NCBI GenBank assembly: GCA_963693365.1
Contig: CAVNZM010000015.1
Span: 3,534,001-3,598,000 of the forward strand
Reading direction: 5' to 3'
DNA length: 64,000 nucleotides
From: Amoebidium appalachense
Lineage: Eukaryota > Protista > Ichthyosporea
Part shown: positions 46,845 to 64,000 of the stretch, one piece after another
How positions within the stretch are numbered: the first letter of the stretch is position 1
Layout: every line of letters starts with the position of its first letter
Notes under the pieces: generated by a model
Told to the model about the DNA's origin: nothing
What the model saw: the letters and a program-made list of their open reading frames with translations, nothing else
The model's database searches: none
Translations under genes and position numbers: made by a program

Positions 46845-47265
46845 GGGGGGATTCTGAGTTTCGTACCATGTGCCCTTGCCGTTAATATCGTTGGGATCAA
46901 CGCACGAAAAACGGTGCATGGTCGAGCTCACAAGAACAATGCGCGAGGGTGCCCCTTGCTGCAGGCGGGGAAGGAGAAGTTGGGCCAGAAGGAAGTTGGA
47001 TGCAACATGAGTGGCAAAGTGTTTCTCGAGTCCATCTTCGGTCTCGGTGTAGGGTATGGCGCAGATTCCGGCGTTGAGCATCTGTGTATCGGTGTGTGTG
47101 GGTGTGGGTGGGTGTGTGTGTGGGGGGGGGAGGGGGGCGGGAGGGGGGGAGTTTGGGGAGGGGGGGGGGGGGGGGGGGGGGATGGGTGGGTGTTGGGGGT
47201 GGGGAGGGGAGAGGGAGGGGGTGGGGGGCGCGGGTTTGTACGTGTGTGTGTGTGTGTGTGTGTCT

Positions 47266-47301
<36 letters not shown>

Positions 47302-47842
47302 TGTGTGCGCGCTCGCGTGTGTTGGTGTGGTGTGTGTGTGTGTGTGTGTGTGTGCGTGTGTGTGTGCGTGTGTGCATGCATGTGTGTGTGTGTGTAACGG
47401 TTCCAACTGCGCAACGGTTGGGTGCATGTGGGTGACACAGTCAGTGTGTATCATAATGATTGTAAGTGACGGTTAGAGCGGGGGAGTAGGAGGGGGTTAA
47501 GGGGAGAGGGGGGGGGGGGGTGGATAGGGGGGGGGGGGGGGAGAAGGATGGGGAAAGGGGGTTGACATTCTTATTTTCCTCCAAAGCAGAACTAAAGACG
47601 AAAATCAACTTGAGGCTACAAACAAAGTGTGCACTGGGATGATATTAAAGCATTAAGAAAGCGCCCATTTTTAATGATGGGCAAGACTCAAGAATGCAGA
47701 CTCAGAGGGGGGGGGGGGGGGGGGGAGGGGGAGATGAATGATGGGGATAGAAAGGTGGGTACGTTCGGGGTAGGAGGGTGAGTGGGGGCAGAGGGGGGTG
47801 GAGGAACGCGGGAAGGGAAGGGGGGAGAGGGGTTGGGTGTGT

Positions 47843-47873
<31 letters not shown>

Positions 47874-49018
47874 GATCTACCAGCACGTGCAGAGGAAAAG
47901 CGCGGCGGTTGATGTCGTCAGCAAGGCGGCGCACAGAGTCCATCTTGCTGACGTCACACTGCAGCACAGTCAGCCGCACCTGTGCAAACAGTGAATTTTA
48001 GGCCATGCACGTCACAGTAGCCCCGGATTCCGTTGGGGTAGGTGATCTTACATACATGTGTGGCTGCTGCCATTGGATTCCATGAGGTTTACACCGTATC
48101 CGTTCCCCTTGGCCCCGCCCCTCCCCTCCCCCCCCCCCTCCCCCCCCCCCCCCCCCCCCGCGCACGCACACACACACACACACACACACACAACCCTTCA
48201 CCCACAGGAGAAAGATAAAGTACAATGTTTTCTTCTGATCTTGAAAGACGCTGGGCAACTTGGCAAGCTTTTTTCTTGCAAGTTATCCCCATCTTGGTCC
48301 AGGCTGTATTTATCTTTTTATTGCTCTTTACGTTTCGGTGTAGCTCAGGTAAAATCCACCTCACAGAGTCTTCTTTCTTCTTCTTTCTTTTCTTCCTCCA
48401 TCCCCCCCCCCCCCCCCCCCCCCCCCTTTTTTCTGGGGTGTGTGTGTGTGAGTGTGTTGGGGGAGAGGGGAGGGGAGGGGGAGGGGGGGGGGGGGGGGGG
48501 TATACAGGGGGGAAGGCCCGGGGGACCTAACGATCTCAAACCGAAGTACTAGACTGCTGGAATTCTTCCTATATGTTCTGGCCCAGTTTTGTTGACATCG
48601 TGTGCGCACTGAAAGGGTGGCCGCAAAAATTTAGCCTTCGGAAATATATAGATTTGGCATAATTGTTTAAAAGATCAACCTCGGCGATGATTTCAGAAAA
48701 GTGTTCCTCGGAGTCTTTAAGTTTCTCTAATTTTTCACTGAGTTTCTATGCCAATCGCTTTTTTCCATTTTATTTTCCTTTTTTATTTTTTTTATTTTAT
48801 TCATGTATAATTTAAAAAAACCGGGGTAGGGGTGGGTGGTGGGGCTGCACTTAGGTTAACAGCAAGAGGCCTATATCGATCATCAATGTTCCCGTGCAAA
48901 CGCAACATGCCATATGAAATTCGAACACGAAGCCTTGGAAATATGCAACACTGACGGGGAGCCTGGGGGGCCCCAAGGGGAGGGGGCCGGGGGGGGAAGC
49001 TAGGAAGGAGGGGCTGGG

Positions 49019-49062
<44 letters not shown>

Positions 49063-49671
49063 AAGGGGAGGGGGGTCCAGGTGGGGTGGGGGGGAGGGGA
49101 GGGGTGTGCGGGTGGGTGGGCGGGGGGCTTTCACCTGTGGACCCTCGCTCTGGCGGATACGCTCAGCAGCCTCCACCCCCTTAAAGAGGTCACGGCACAC
49201 CATGTACACGTGCGCACCAAATTTGGAAAGAACACGTGCAGACTCCAACCCAAGGCCTGTAGGCAGACCATTGGTTGGTGCGTGTCAAAAAAATTTGTGC
49301 GTAAAATTCTCGCTGCAACATTCCCTGCCACCCCTTCCCCCATCTCTACCCATCTCCATCCCCCCCCCCCCCCCCCCCCCCCTACCCCCCTGCCTTCTCC
49401 CCCCACTTCTTACATACTCCCCACTCACTCGGATGCCCTACTTCCCTCCGAGGTTCCCATGCTACACGGTGCCCCGTTTGTTCATAGATTAAATACTATG
49501 TCCCCCCCAAAAAAAAAAAAAAAAATCCGCGTTGGAAATTCCTCCCCTAGCCGCAAGCATACCCTCCCCCTTGGATGCGCGACTAAATTAAACTCTTCAA
49601 CCCCCCCCCCCCCCCCCCCCCCCCACACACACACAGACACACACACACCACCACCACCATCGGGTGACACC

Positions 49672-49721
<50 letters not shown>

Positions 49722-49792
49722 ACCTCCTCCCTCCTTCAAACCTATAAAACTGTTACCCATTCATAAATTTTCTAAAGTTCTTTTTTTTTCCT

Positions 49793-49835
<43 letters not shown>

Positions 49836-50021
49836 TGCACACAGTACCAATTACCACACACCTCTGTTTGCCCCGGTGATGACGACATTCTTGCCCGTGC
49901 AGTCGATGGCCTCCCTGCGCACCACCTCCTCCGCCGTGGTGCTCCACGTGTAGCCGTTGCTACGTGCACTCTTCTCTCGGTTAACCACGTGATTGTTCCA
50001 CACAGTCCCAAGCAGCCTCAT
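44845..50021 (-). CDS. Classical short-chain dehydrogenase/reductase, retinol dehydrogenase/WWOX/TIC32-like
   Basis: Phase-consistent exons 50021-49862, 49256-49135, 47979-47881, 47081-46867, 45943-45750 and 45056-44845. Motifs STTAEEV, TGANRGLG, LHVLMLNAG, RIVLVSS, YCRSK, HPGSIIT and KTVPQGAAT...GGKYFSDC. Confidence 0.93.
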
Positions 50022-52212
50022 TTTTTCAATGGTTGGCAATAAAACCAAAAAAAAAAGAGGAATAAATGATTATAATGACATGGAGGGGTTATGTGCCAGT
50101 GCAAACTCTTCAAGGTAACAGTTGAGAGCCTCGGATATTATTCAAGTGATTAGTGACATTCGGAATACCCAGTGCTACCAAACGGAGTGTACACCTAAAC
50201 AAGGTTTTGTCAGCCTATGCCTATGTAATTTTTCCGGGCTGGGCATGATCAGTCAGTGTGAGGTGGCCGGGTTTTTATAAGAGCTGGCCCGGGCATATAT
50301 GCATGAAATTCACGTGTGGCCTTAGGGATTTTGGGGTTACCTGTGAGAACTGCCCGGGAATGCCTGGGAAATTTTCTGTTACGTGTGTTGAGTGGAACGT
50401 GTGTCTGAACCAGGCACGTTCACACACAACACTGCCCGGACATGTGTGTGTGTGTTTTTTTTTGGGGGGGGGGGGGCGATGGAATGACCTTCACTGATGA
50501 TGCAAACCGTTGACTTGCTTGCGTAGCCACGGCACATTATGTAAGGTTTCAGTAGTACAGTAATATCATGCATTTGCCTAGTCTTTGGCTAATAAATTAG
50601 TCTCCGGCACAAATGCGAGACGTGTACGCCTGGCACATGCACGGATTTAGCAGGACTCGGTGCACATAGTAGTCATATCCATGATACCTGCGCCATTTCT
50701 GCGCCATTTTTGGGCTCCGAGCTAACTTAGTGTTGTACATTACAACTTTGAAAATAGTGCCTACGAAGTTTCGGCTGCGCGGCTGCAGCTATACCCAAAA
50801 CCAGACGGCCGTCAATGACACATGCATGGCCATTGCCGGGAATCAGGAATCATGAATATTAGAAATGCCCACGTGCACGCCAGGCCTTTGACTGTGCAGG
50901 ATAGACCGCGCCAGGTACACGTGGACATGCACATGTTCACGTGTTGAGCTGTCACGTGTGTGAGCGGCACGCACGATACTACTGTACGGCATGTACTTGC
51001 ACGCATGTGGCCGGGGCGACCGTCGTGACGGGGTCGTCGCGATGGCCCGGGCGCTGCATTGCATATGCATGCGCATGCACCGTGCTCACGCTCCGACCAC
51101 GATCCATAAAATAACATGTAGGCGTACTTGTCATTAGGCGGGCGCAGACGTGTCATGGACAAGCTTTTCAATCCGGATTACTGAATTGTTTTTCGTGTAT
51201 GAGCAGGCCAGCCCTTTTCATATACATGCCATTGTTTTACATGTATACATAGTACAGTATTGAAGTCATCGATGAGTCAGCAAATACTATCAGGTGGATC
51301 ACCGTGACCCAGTTGGTGCGAATGTGGCCAATCAGCTTTGTACCATTTTAAGTCACCAATCAGCGATCTGCTGATAAACAGCAAATTAAAGTAATGAAAA
51401 AACCAGGTGAGTGTTAGTGAATCACCATTTTTCTTGCTCTTTTGGTGTTTTATAGCTCGATAATTAGTAAATAAGAGCGCTAAGAAATGTGTTTAGGCGT
51501 GTTTGGGCATAATAACAGTGTATCCTGCATACAAATAAGGCAAGCTATCGTGGGTAATTAGCATCGCTCTCGAGTTTATGACACCACCAATCATCAAACT
51601 TGCACTAATGACAATTTGCTAATTACACCAGGCAACGTTAGCCCGCCCCCGGCCCATGCACCAGAAGGCAACGTAGAGAGGGGGCCGGGAGAATAAAGGA
51701 AGGGTAGGGAAAAGGGAAGGGTAAGAAAGCGAAAAGGAGGAGACGCTGTAGTGAAAAAATCTCTAGAAAAAGACTTGAATAACACATATCCTCGCATAGT
51801 TAACATAAACTTCATGTGAAGTAATAAATCGTATGACGAAGAACGACTTGAACTGTCTTCAGACACAAGAGTTTCCGTCGATTCGAACCATCGCTAGCGA
51901 ATGTCAGAAAGGACAGATACGTGCTCTAGGAAAGTAGAGAGCAAAAAATAATGACACTATCAAAACACAGGGGAAAAATAGCATATGACGCATTGTAACC
52001 TTAGCAAGATCCTTAGGTTTCTCCCCAGCTACCTGCACAGATCTTCGTCCTAGGTCTAGATCTCTTGCCTCCTAAGCTGCCACTATCACCCACATTATAC
52101 GAAAAACTTCTCGTATATAGAAGTCCTTTTCTTCATGCTGTAAAGAATATATAAGGTGTTCTATGTGTCCATCGCACCTTCTGAATCCGACGAAAAATCG
52201 AAACCTGCCAAA

Positions 52213-64000
<11,788 letters not shown>

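Noticed and set aside
51594-51866. 90-aa minus-strand ORF between the SDR and C2 genes
   Set aside because: No recognisable motif, splice structure or codon bias; cannot be supported without a database search.

Overview
Eukaryotic genomic DNA, intron-rich and saturated with poly(C)/poly(G) tracts and (CA)/(TG) microsatellites. A unicellular holozoan such as an ichthyosporean is my guess from sequence style and gene content, not established. Nearly all entries in the supplied ORF track are low-complexity artefacts. Manual splicing with exon-phase checks gives five real genes: (1) a 2-exon membrane protein with a bacterial YkwB-like GNAT domain (+, 3646-5542); (2) an intronless type-I membrane protein with a ZP-module-like layout and a furin-type site (-, 10671-12590); (3) a ~24-kb, ~25-exon two-repeat ALMT/FUSC (ArAE) transporter (+, 18192-42135); (4) a 6-exon retinol-dehydrogenase/WWOX-like SDR (-, 44845-50021); (5) a C2 + VASt lipid-transfer protein running off the right end (+, 52213->64000). 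Also present: a LINE RT remnant, two PIF/Harbinger-like MITEs, hAT-like ends, minisatellites and a three-copy intronic element that always ends in poly(C). The most interesting signals are a possible repeat-based splicing code ((CA)n- or C-rich 3' splice sites, introns bracketed by complementary GT/CA or G/C tracts), the ZP-like protein, the poly(C)-ended element and CpG-biased divergence between repeat copies.
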